Assembly (NCBI GenBank): GCA_013265495.1
Contig: MU063753.1
Coordinates: 1,345,737 to 1,409,736, forward strand
Source of the DNA: Vicugna vicugna
Lineage: Eukaryota
Length of the DNA stretch: 64,000 nucleotides
Direction of reading: 5' to 3'
The notes beneath the pieces are model-generated. The model was not told the DNA's origin. It was given only the letters and a program-made list of their open reading frames with translations, and searched no databases. Shown one piece after another: positions 38,857 through 51,304 of this stretch. A program made the translations under genes and the position numbers. Numbering within the stretch: the stretch's first letter is position 1; the number at the start of each line of letters is the position of its first letter.

Positions 38857-41800
38857 ACATAGTTATATACGTTAACACATAAAGGTATCCATAACATAAC
38901 ATGTTAAGAGAATTAAAAAAAGCAGGATACAGAACAGCATGAAATGTATGAGTCAACTGATGTTCAAACATATCACATGGATGAACCTTGAGGATATTAT
39001 GCTAACTGAAACAAGCCAGTAACAAAAGAGACAAATACTGTATGATTCCACTTATATAAGGTACTTAAGAGTAGTCAAAACCATAGACATAAAAAGCAGG
39101 AAGTGGCTGGCAAGGCTGGAAGGAAGGAGGAATGGGGAGTTATTGTTTAATGAGTACAGAGTTTGTGTTTCACNNNNNNNNNNNNNNNNNNNNNNNNNNN
39201 NNNNNNNNNNNNNNNNNNNNNNNNNNNNNNNNNNNNNNNNNNNNNNNNNNNNNNNNNNNNNNNNNNNNNNNNNNNNNNNNNNNNNNNNNNNNNNNNNNNN
39301 NNNNNNNNNNNNNNNNAAAAAACACATATATACATGTGCATGAATACACAGACAAACGTCTAGAAGAATGTGCACCAAAATGCTGAAATGATTACCTCTG
39401 GATGCTAAGATTATGGTGATTTCCCTTGTACTATTCTGTATTATTTGGATTTTTTAATGAGCATGCTTCCTTTTTCCCAAACACAAAAAGGCTTTGTTCT
39501 CCATTATTTTTTTTCACAGTGCTTCCAATTCAGTAACCAGAATCCTATTGGTTCTGTCTCCAAAATGTCAAAATTACCCTCTTTTCCCAGCCACATGCCA
39601 ACTCCAGCCCCTCTCACCAGGCTAATGTAACAATCTTAAACTGTTTGTCCCTCTCTAACCCACTCTCCACCCAGCCATCTGTTACCTTATGAAACAGATT
39701 TACTATCACTTCCCTGTTTAAAACCCCAAACCACGTGGCATGCATCTCAAGGGCCTCTACAATTTGTTCTCAGGGTCTGTATTTTTAATTTTGCTACTGT
39801 ACCTCAAGTAGCCTCTATGCCAGATAATTGCTGGTCATTCCTTGAAAACACCATACACTTTTACTCTTCCTTTACTTTGCTCATGCTGTTCTTCTGTCAG
39901 GAATATTCTTCCTTCTCTGCCTGATAAAATATACACAGTAGTACAGAGGAAAAGAATGGGATGGAGGATGAATGGATAAATAAATAGGAGGAAGAGGTAG
40001 AGGAAAAAACAGAGTAGCATGGAGATGAGGGTTCAAGAAAGTAATTTTTGGTAGAGATGAGACAGTAATAGTGCCTACTTCATAAGATTGTGGTGAGGAC
40101 ACTAAACAAGATAATATATATCAAACTTTAAGAATACTGCCTGGCATATATTTTATTACTGTTATTATTTTCAGTATTATTATTATTCATGATACAGTAG
40201 TAAGAGCTTGAACTCTGGCTGCCATAATGAGGAAGGGGCAATGGTGAGGCTCCAGCTCAGAAATATGGCCCCAAAGGTAAACAAAGAGGCAAATGCGACC
40301 CTGGTCTGATTCAAATTTATCTAAAGAGTTCAACAAACTACACAAGAAACCACAACCAATTCAGTTAAGCCATACTGGAGTATATACAGAACACAAAGGT
40401 TAATTCCTATATACTCCCAGATAACTTCCATCCCTCAAACATATATTCCTTCTTGAAGTGGAGCTGTTTCAACACCCTGCCCCAGGCACTGAAGCATCAG
40501 GACAGTAGCTCACCCTCACAAATCTGAATCTGCAAGTCCCATTTGTGCTCTCCTATGGTTCCCCATTTAGCCAGTAGTCACTTCTCTTTCTCTATATAAC
40601 ATGAGAGGTTTGACTCTTAAGTTCTTCCCACAGCTGCAAAAAACCGAACATATATGTACAGTTCACCCAAGTTTAATACTGCAGCCAAAGAAAAACCAAA
40701 TTCACTCACAATGGAGGTGAAACAAGGGACCTAGAAATAAATATGTATGTGTTTTAGATGAGCCTCCTGTCAAGCTCAGTCCTTTTAAAAGATTCCCTCG
40801 GTCAGCTGTGGCAAGCAGCCTCTTACAGCCCTTATCTCTCGTAGTTAACAGGTTTTCTTAACTTTCATTTTCATGTCCTAGTAAGCCACTGTGATCCACT
40901 AACCCCTCTCTCCTTTCACACCCCTCCCCCATGCATCCCAGCTCTCCCTTGAGTACTATCAAACAAACAGTTCTTTGGTTTAAAAAAAAAAAAAAAAAGA
41001 ACACTGCTCCTAAATTATGTTCCAAAGCAGACAAAAAGAAGGCAGAACTCCATATTTATTAGATAACACATAGCCTGCTTACTAGTCAGACTGCCAAAAA
41101 TCACTTGCTTCTCCTCCTGTAGGTTTTAAGCAAACACAAGGGAACTGTGCTCCTATGTGTGACTACTGCTTCTCAGTGGGACTTGAAGAACTAAGGCATT
41201 AGAGATACTTTCTCTCTATAAACCCAAATAGAGCACTCTGTTTATTTTTCTCTTGGCATATAGTTGGTAGTCTGTATTTCCAGGCAGTCATTCTACATCT
41301 TTTGGCAAGTGCCTTCAAATTTCTCAGTACAATGTTTCATCCAGTCACTGAAGGCGATGCATTGTACCTTGAATTCACATGCCAAGAAAAAGACTCAGAC
41401 TGAAAAGAAGACCTTCAGTATCATCTTCCTGAAATATATCAGGCACTATACGAGTTAGAAGACCCAGATCCAATTCCCAGGTGTGCAAGTGTCTTGCAGT
41501 GTGATCTCTAGTCTGCTCTTTAATCTTTCTGTACCTGTTTTTCCATCCTGGAAAACTGGGATTGTGTTACTTGTCCCTCCTTGAACTGAGACTCTTACTG
41601 CTGGCTGAGAATATTTATGCCTCTATAATTTGTGAAACTGGGGTTTGGAAAAGTCAGAAAATAAAGCATAAATGTTATTTCTCACTTTTGTCAGCCTGCC
41701 CTGCAAATCCAAAGCTGAGCCCAACAAAAGTCCCTAAGCAAGTAATCCCTCAGAGAGTAGTTCTGACTTCCCACTCAACAAATCACCCACGTAAGAGGCC

Positions 41801-41973
41801 AAGCAGGACCTTCAGGTGCTACATGACTACAGAAGCAAGTCACTGTCTATCAGGGTCCATGACAATATTATTACCCTAGACACAATAACCTTAACATTCT
41901 ATTGTGGCTTTATTTCTAAAGAAGCTACTTCAATACATTCCAAAAGGAATTATTAAAATTCAAATACCGGTTT

Positions 41974-42090
41974 TATATGAAAACAAATATATATATATAC
42001 ATGTATGACTGAAGCACTGTGCTATACACCAGAAATTGACACAACATTGTAAACTGACTATACTTCAATAAAAAAAAAGTAAAAAAAAAT
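41974..42090 (+). mobile_element. Short young LINE-1 3' terminus
   Basis: gctatacaccagaaattgacacaacattgtaaactgactatacttcaataaaaaaaa, shared with the termini at 1-42, 6438-6648 and 26185-26770. Confidence 0.8.
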
Positions 42091-43631
42091 CAGTTTTAAA
42101 AAAGGTCAATCTGGAAACCTGAAAAACTATCACACCTTCCATTTGGTCACCCTTGGTCTATGTGACTATTCCAACAAGGAAGTTTACTGCTCTGTCTAGG
42201 CTCTCCACAAGGCCTAGTTTCTCCTTTGTTCCAGTAAACACACTCTGTCGTTGATATCATCAAATGATTTACATTAAATTATATCTCTTGGCTGCAGCAA
42301 GTTTTAGCCCCCTAAGCAATGCATCATGCGGCCACCACTCAGCTCAATACTCACCTTGAAAGATATCACTATGAATTCACACTAAGATTCACAATATGAA
42401 GCCTAAAATACATTTTATATCCTGTTGAAAACGCAGCACACTCCTATGAAAGATGAGTGTCCTACAAGGTAAGAAATACCCTCTAATGATTGGATCCCAC
42501 AGCTCCTGCCTCATCTAAAGAGATAGTAACTTTGCATATAGATAAGGCTCTGGGCATAGAAAGTAGAAAGAAACCTATGTCCAGCTCCAGGTCTGCTACT
42601 TAATGTAAGACCTGTTTCCTCAACTGTGAAGTGATCATACAAGGTAATCGTGAGCATAAAAAATATATATGAGCATTTTTATTTATCAATAGTACTTTAC
42701 AAATTTATTATTCTGCCTGTGGATTTAATTAAAACTGAAAACGTTCTTTCAAGAAGCGGATTAATTCCAACATTATGAAAGTCATTTGTTCACATGCTTA
42801 ACAAAAATTTTCTTGGTCAACCTGAAGTCACTGAAAGGCATCATTTCCTTCCACTGGCTAAAAAACAAGCAGGGTAGCACTACCCTACCAGGGGCATGAT
42901 GAGCAAAAGTAGAAATGAAGAATTGTGTATGCCCACAGTGAATGGGGCAGAAATATTTTATTTCATTATTTGAACTGAAAAGTAAAAATCAAAGGTCAAA
43001 GTTTTCCAATGGGGACCAAGAGGAAATGTTATGAATATCCAAGGTATAATCAAAATTAAACACAATCCATATAGCCAGTTCAGAAAGCTCAATAATCTTC
43101 AAAGTGTTTTTCATGTATTAATTAATCCTCATGACATTCCAAGGATGAAAGAAATTTAATTCTCATATTTTAGTTATTTATAAGCACAGGAAGAATCTAA
43201 ATAGATCAAGATGTGCCATTTTAATAAGGCAGCTCAACAAATATTTCATCAAACATTAAGGATCTACCATATCATCAGCAGTGTACAAGGCACAATGTGT
43301 CCTACTGATGTGACCCATTTTCAACCAGCAAGTCCTCTAGCAAGCTCAAGTTTATGGTACACAGCTATGAGTAAACATTTCTGAATAATGGATAATAGTA
43401 ACTGCAGAGCTATACCCAATCCTCACTGCCAGAACCCACTAACTTAAAAATAGATGTAAATTTAGGATGTTTCATTGAGAACACTTTACTGACAAGGACT
43501 ATGTGTACTATATGAGGAAGAGGGGGAAACAGGGAGCAATGGTGTTTTGTTTTAAATAGGACAGTGAGAGAAGACCTCAATAAGGTGACATCTGAGTAAA
43601 GACCTGAACAAAGAGAGGAAACAAGCCATGT

Positions 43632-43757
43632 GGTTATGTAGGGGTTATGTAGGTTCCACCAGACAGAGGGAACCTCTGAGTTTAAGAGTCCTAAGGTTAT
43701 GTAGGGGTTATGTAGGTTCCACCAGACAGAGGGAACCTCTGAGTTTAAGAGTCCTAA
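43632..43757. repeat. Perfect tandem duplication, 2 x 63 bp; each unit begins with ggttatgtagg twice
   Basis: Units at 43632-43694 and 43695-43757 are identical. Confidence 0.95.
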
Positions 43758-45809
43758 AGTGGGATCACACCTGTTACATTCTCCGCACATCCACCAGACT
43801 TTCCCCATTGACGTCCTGTTGCCAGCTGCACTGTGCCTCACCAGATCTTCCTGACTTCCAGGCTCACCATACTCTCCCAGGCACACAAACCTGAATCACA
43901 CTGTGTGCACTGCTCTCTTCTTTCCCCAACCAGTGACCAACTTATACTGTAACATGACCCTACCTTCAAAATGTTACATCTTTCTCCTCCCTTCATTCCC
44001 ACTAACACATTAACCTAGAAGTATAGAAATTATAGAACATTAAGACTGGAACGAACCTTAGAAACTCCATCTTGCTGAAGCCCGTATTAATCAAGTCTTA
44101 AGAATCAGGCCAAAGACCTATTTTTACTACATTCTTGGATTTTTTTTATTTTGCATGCTCCTCCCATCCTCCTCCAAACCCAATTCATCAGGCAAACTGC
44201 TCACAAATGAATGCTTCTTACACACTGCCTTCATCATGTTACTCATCCCCCATTCCACAGTATCTACAATGCCTGCCTGCTGAACAGTCTCCTTTCACTG
44301 TCCTACATACACACTATGCCCATTTCACCTTCTAAATCTTCATTCAAGTTCCTTCCTTTGATACAATGCCTTTTCTTCTTTCTTATCCAAAATTCACCTA
44401 TCCTTCAAGTCCCCTTTCAGACAGCTTCCATGACTGTATCAGCCTTCACTGATTTCTCCCATCTCAGAAATCCTATGGTTTATCATAAAATCTAACATTT
44501 GTAGTCTCTCTCCTCCCCATCCACCCCTATCTTGCAAAGCATCATTAATATCTCAGTTCAAACACTCACTAACTTGCTTTGTTTCATGTTTAGCTGGATC
44601 ACACAGGGACTGCAATTTTGTCTCTCCAGAAGGACCTTGCAGAAAATAGCACCTACCACATTTTTAACACTTACAACGTGCCTGATATTGTATCAAGTGC
44701 TTTACATATTTAATCTTGTTTAATCATCACAATAATATTGTGTTGTTGCTATTATTCTTCCTGCCTTACAGAAGACACAAAGACACAGGGTTCGGACCTA
44801 AGTTGCATATTGTATAAAAGACATGGCTGGGATTTGAGCTAAAAAGTCTATCTCTCAAAGCCTCCACAAAGTAGAGGTTTCGAACAAATAACTGTTGAAT
44901 TATCCTTATTATCTGATATGTGTTGATGGCAGTGTCACCCCAAATGAACTACTGAGGGGAGAAACCATGCCTGGAGGCTTAAGGGGTACAGTGAGAAGGA
45001 CTGCCCCTCCTTGCTGAGTACCCATCAGGTGCTAGGTTCAGCACCAGGCATTTCACATCAAACATCTCACTTACTCTGTGAAAACTCTTAACTAAAGTCT
45101 CTTCAACAAACAGTGTTTGTAATTCCTCCATCAGAGATTCACCCAAAACGTCACCCACCCTCAATCCAAGTACAAATGCTTCCAGGTGTGATATGTACTA
45201 CACTCCTTCTGGACCTCCCTCGGGCTCAAGAAAGAGGATGAAGCCTTCTGACTCCCATTAGTAGATTAAGAAAACTCAGCTTCAACAAGCATTTACTTGT
45301 CCTTTTTCAGGACAGATCACTCTGCTCTTCATCCTAATGGTCATGATCTCACTTATTAAGCACCTCAGCTCTGTGAGGTAGGTGGCAATTTCTCCACTTT
45401 CACAGATAAATAACGTCCCCTCAAAAAAACGACATTGTTTAGGTCACGTGGCACATGGCAGGTTAAAAGGAGAATCCAGGTCTCCTGACTATCCACCCTG
45501 CTCCAGTCCCTCAGCAGCCACTCGTAGATGGTAACTGACACATCCTGGTGTCGCTGGGAACTCTAAATAGTAAAAACTCTGGAAAAAATTTTCACTCAAA
45601 AGGTATTTATTGGACGCCTATATGCCAACCTTGCACGTTCAAATATCATCTCCTCCACTCATTCGCTTTGTGACACGGAGACAGTAGTTTTACCTCCCTA
45701 GGTGAATGCACTCATCTGAAAATGTAGATAATAATAGTATTTACACCAAACAGTCATGACGGGAGAAGTACATGAGATGATGAAAGTGAAACACCTGGCA
45801 CGCTGTCTG

Positions 45810-46240
<431 letters not shown>

Positions 46241-48782
46241 GTGCAGAGAAAGGAAGGAGACTGGGGACCAAGATGCCCAAGCCCTACTCCTCTCTTAAGT
46301 GAAGGATGGCAGTCGTATCCAAAATAGATCTATCCCTATTATTCCTTCTTTCACGGCATAGTTCATTTTCTTCATGATGCTAATTACAGTATGAAGTGAC
46401 ATACTGACCTCTTGTCTATTGTCTGATCTTCACTCCAGACTTAGTTCCATAAAGGCAAGAAACAGATTCTGCCTACGTCATTGCTGTATCTCCAGTGCCT
46501 AGCACAGTACCTGATACTCGGATAAACACCCCATAATTGTTAATGGAGAGGAGAATGGCTTGCCTATCTAGTCCTAGAGCCAGTGAGTTAAAAGCTGTGG
46601 CGTGCTCCAGTATCAGATCTGCCTGGTTCTCTGGCGAGGGTGGCTGCTGTAATGTTTTCATCCCACAGCTCAAACTCAGACACGATCAGAAGGCAGAACA
46701 AAATTTTCTGTCTCTGGCAAAAGGATGCAAGAGATGGGGTGAGAACAGAGGAAAAAAACAAGCAAATAAACAACCCATAACATAAAACAGGAAAAATAAG
46801 GCTGAAAAGATTAAGTAGTAGCAACCCTCAGATTAAAGTGGGAGAGGGGAAAATTAGGACCACAGAGGACCAAATTTCAGGAGACTCCACAACCTTTTCT
46901 TAAAGGGCTTTGGAATCAAATGAACCTGGGTTCAGATCCCAGCTCTGCCATTTATCAGCTGCTTGACTTCACATAATTAACTTCACCTCTTAGCCTCAGT
47001 TTTTTTTATCCTTAAATACCTCTCAGGATTGCCATCAGGAGAGAATGAAGTAATGTCTGAAAAGTGCCTGCTACAATGCCCCCGCACACAATAACCACCA
47101 TTTGTTGAACGCTTTGTATTATTGTAATAGTAACACCCCATCTGCCTCACTAAAGAGGTAAGAGCAGCAGCCTAAGGGCAGAGAAATTTTCAGTACTGTG
47201 TGAAAGTGCCCAAGCACCTATTCTACTAACCCCTTGTTAGCCAATTTAAGAGTTCTAATTGCTTTCACTTTCACCCGGAGTTTACTCTTTGGCTGTGCAT
47301 AGCTCTCAGGTCATATCATCCTTGGGCCAGAGGAACCACCCCGGACATGTAGAGCATATGATAGGTCTGCCTAGAAAAACTGCCAATAAATATACTTCTC
47401 AATTACTTGGATCACTGTTGGCATAATGGCCACTCCTGCATATCCAACCTAAACCTTGTAGTCACATGTATCGCAGGGTCCCCTATCCCTCCTTTTCTCA
47501 CTCCAGCCTGCTTTGATCAAAAGCCTTGTTCTCTCCAATTTGTGGTACCCGCCTGGGGCTGGTTTTAAAATCGAGATGTGTGGCCACATATTGGCAGACA
47601 CTCTCACATGATGGTTGTTAACTGTAGAGCCTTTGCCTGGAGATTTTCCGAGGGTACAGTTGCCATGACAACCATCAGAAAGAAGGCAGGCCGGAGAAAC
47701 GATGCAAATAAAGCAAAAGGGAGGCTAATTTCATGATGACACTCTTACCATGACAGAGTAGACTCACTCACAGATGGGAACGCAGTGTCCAAATCATGAC
47801 CAGGTGACTGTTACTTGAGAGAGAGAAAAAAGAGGGGGGTGGAATTTACCACTGAGAGACCAGAAGAGGGAGAGACTGGTTACCAAGGCAACTGGGGAGC
47901 AAGGAATGAAAAAATGGGGCTTCACCACAGCAGCAGAAAATTGCTTCTAGCCAAGCAACACGGGACTGTTGCTATAGAAACAAAGAGAACAGGGATCCTG
48001 TAGACCATGGGGAGAATTATCACTGAAATACTGAGCAGGAAAGACTCCTAAATCAGAATGGAGCCTATGCTCCAAAACAAATTAGAAGAAGTGAGAAAAA
48101 ACATCATACCATTTCCATTCATTGCAATTCAGCCAGCCCCAACAAAGAATGGGAACATTTTTTTTAATACCTTTAGTCCATTTTATTTGTACCTCTGTCT
48201 CCCTAATGATCTTCTGAACTCTCAGTTATACTAAGAATAGTTCCTGAAAGATAATCTGTAACTTGAAATCATAATTGGAGAGATTAAGTTGCAGGGAAAA
48301 TTGGGAAATTGAAGTGTATGATCAAGAGTTAATAAGTGTTTCTAAAAAACAACATAAAACCCTCTAATGGGAAGCTTTGCAGGGTAATAAGAAGACAAAA
48401 GACGGCAAAAGGGAGTCAGGAAAGCTATCCACAGTCATGCCCAGATATTAACCCTGACCCCTCATCGCCTTGTAATGAGGCCAGATAGGAAGTAGCTCAA
48501 CCTATTCTGAATGATTGCTAAAGAGGAAAGGGAGTTTCTCTCTTAAGGTGTATGTGCATATTCTAAAGACGGAAGATGCAGAAGCCTATCTTCAATATAC
48601 TCCACTGATTACAGATTATTTAAGGTAAAGAAAATTTAGTTAAAAGGCAAAAATGCTGGGATAGGTTCAGTCTGGAAGAGACTATCTAAAATGTAGAAAT
48701 GAGGGAGACTCAGATTACTTGGAGGGTGATAATTCTTGCCTGCCCTTTGGAAAGTCCAGTCAGCCACCTAATTGTTACCCCT

Positions 48783-48784
<2 letters not shown>

Positions 48785-48816
<32 letters not shown>
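48785..48816. repeat. (TG)16 microsatellite
   Basis: Read directly. Confidence 0.95.
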
Positions 48817-48820
<4 letters not shown>

Positions 48821-49257
48821 ACCCTAGGGGCAGGTACGTAGTCAGCCTGGGCAACCCCTAGGTTACCTCGCCTTCTTAAGGAAACTGAGCGCAGTATGTG
48901 AGATGGAATGGATATAGGAACATGGCAGAAAAGGAGAAAGGAACACCAGAAAGGTAGAAGGGAAACCTGGGTGATGATCCATTAGTGTTTATTGTATTAT
49001 TTCCTGTCTTCACTATACTTTAAATAATTTATTTTAAAAAAATTTTTAGAAAAAGAAATGCAGGGAGAAGGTAAATGTGAAGCCATTAGAGTGGAAGGAT
49101 CATTTAAAGTGGAACATCCAGAAAGTTGGAACTTTTTGGAATTCTAGGGGATGCTGTGACATTCAGGACAGGAGGCAAAATGGGCCATGGGAGGCTTGAA
49201 GCATCTGTTCCCAAGGTAAGAGAAGAAAGTTGGGTCAAAGACAAACGCTAGCTTTTT

Positions 49258-49362
49258 CTTTTTTTTTATTTTCTATTTTTAATGGAGGTACTGGGGTTCA
49301 GCCCAGGACCTCCTGCATGCTAAGCATGCCCTCTAGTACTGAAATATACCCACCCTCCCCCT
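49258..49362 (-). mobile_element. tRNA-Ala-derived SINE, copy f, with a 16-bp TSD
   Basis: Flanked by caaacgctagcttttt (49242-49257) and caaacactagcttttt (49363-49378). Confidence 0.87.
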
Positions 49363-49461
49363 CAAACACTAGCTTTTTGGGACAACCCAATTTACCTTTG
49401 CATCCTGACCCCCATACTAATTAAGCACCCCCAATTTAAAAACTGTTTCCTATAGGGTTAT

Positions 49462-49912
49462 TTCCTGACTTGGTTTCCTAGTGCTGCCATAACAAATTAT
49501 CACAAACTGGCTGGCTTAAAACAACAGAAATATATTCTCTCATAGTTTGGAGTCCAGAAGCCGCAAATCAAGGTATTGGTAGGGCCACACTCCCATGCTT
49601 CCGTCTATGGAAGAGTCCTTCCTTGCCTCTCCTAGCTCCTGGTGGTTGCTAGTAATCCTTGGCATTCCTCGATTTGTGGCAGCATGACTTTAATCCTGTC
49701 TGTCTCACGCGGTGGTCCCCTCTGTGTGTGTCTCTCTGTCTGAATTTCTCTCTCTTTAGAATACCAGTCATTGGATTAGGGCCCACTCTAATCCAGTATG
49801 ACCTCATCTCAATTTGATTATATCTGCAAAAACTCTATTTCCAAATAAGGTCATGTTCATAGATTCTGGATAGCCATGAATTTAGAAGGGGACAATATAC
49901 TACCCAGTACAG
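49462..49912 (-). mobile_element. MaLR solo LTR (MLT1B/C/D-like)
   Basis: ctagtgctgccataacaaattatcacaaactggctggcttaaaacaacagaaat...cattggattagggcccactctaatccagtatgacctcatc. Confidence 0.82.
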
Positions 49913-51170
49913 TGCTTGTGAGTAATCACAACACCTTCCTTTGGTTTGGCAAATTGCTGTTTCCATTTGTGATTGGCCAGTTCAAATTTGGGAGCATCAG
50001 AATTGCTCAAAACAAGTGAGAGAAAGAAGAGAGTAGAGCTCACCATGTTGTAGGTTTTTTTTTTTTTAACACCCAAATTTGAGTTATAGAGTTTGCTTCA
50101 GAGTACAGCAGAATGTTCTCCAAGGGAGTGCACTTGCCCCCTTCTCAGATCTCCAAAAGAGCCTACACTCACTCGAGGACCCCTGGGGGTTGCAGAATCA
50201 GTGTGGGGAGATTCAAAAGGGGAAACGATGCAAAGCCATCAGAAGTCCTTTTGGGTTCTAATCTCATTGCTCCTTCAAGCCCTCACCTCTGCTTCTCTGG
50301 CCCCTTCTCTTTCTCGTGGCTTGGCATGGTGGGCCTTCATCATCTTTGTATCCTGATGAGTCTCAAATGTGTATCTTCATTTCAAACCCTTTTCAAAAGC
50401 TTTAATGTCACATTTCTAACTTCCTGTTGGGTGCTTTATTTTGAATGACCCCATCACCTCAATCTCATTGTGTCCCAAACCACAATCAGTTTCTTTTCCT
50501 GACTTCCCTATTTCAAAGAATCACAGAGGATGTTTGTTGTTGAAAGGATCCTTTTAGAAATCTAGTGCAACCCTTCTTGTTTTGTAAAAATGAGACCACC
50601 AGCCTGCAAATCAGACCAGATTCCTCCCCTTTTCCCAGATTCCCCACAACTTCCCCAGTCCTCTTTTCCCCAAAGCTATTCCCTTAACTTAGAACACCTC
50701 CCTCCTCTTCACTTAGCCAAATACTCCTAGGACTTCTCGTTCCAGTTAAAGTCACACTAGCTCCAACGAGAACTTTCTTGATGACTCTGAAGTGCTCTCT
50801 TCCCTTTCTGAGGCTTGCAGCCCTTGCCTGAGACACATATTGCATTATTTTGTGATCATGTTTGCATGCTCGTAAACTTCCATAAGGAACCATCACTTCA
50901 TACAACATTACTCTTACTATGTGGGAGGCACTATTCTAAGCACTCTACATTATTTCATCTTTGCAACAGTTCTTTGAAGTTGGTATTAATATTATATCCA
51001 TCTTAGAGAAGAATGAAATTTCTAGGATTCAGGGAGGGTGAGCGATTTGCCCAAACAGCACACAGGTAATAACCCCAAGTCCCTATTCTTAACCATTTTA
51101 CTATACCATCTCTACCATCTTCTGTGAATATTTTTGTATTTCCACTGGACCTGGCTCCAAACCCTTATTC

Positions 51171-51304
51171 CAGTGTTTTTCTAAGTATGACCTTAAGATT
51201 CCACCTCCCTGCTTACTTGTTGGTGATGTAGATTCCTGATCTACTGCATCAGGGTCTTGAAGGGTGGGTAGATTCTTAGGGCCCACTCAGGTTTAGAATC
51301 ACTG
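51171..51304. mobile_element. MER5-like MITE
   Basis: Terminal inverted repeats cagtgtttttctaa ... ttagaatcactg. Confidence 0.55.

Noticed and set aside
40709-40729. 21-nt in-frame microexon candidate in TRIT1 intron 1 (tttctag|GTCCCTTGTTTCACCTCCATT|gtgagt)
   Set aside because: Such pairs are expected by chance in a 20-kb intron. It would insert 7 residues into the catalytic DSMQ-VY motif, and there is no supporting evidence.
36943-43757. Direct repeats as a CRISPR-like or other prokaryotic array
   Set aside because: Only two-unit head-to-tail duplications with no spacers, in a mammalian intron.
43410-43886. 158-aa ORF with an internal peptide repeat
   Set aside because: Explained by the 63-bp tandem duplication in decayed repeat DNA.
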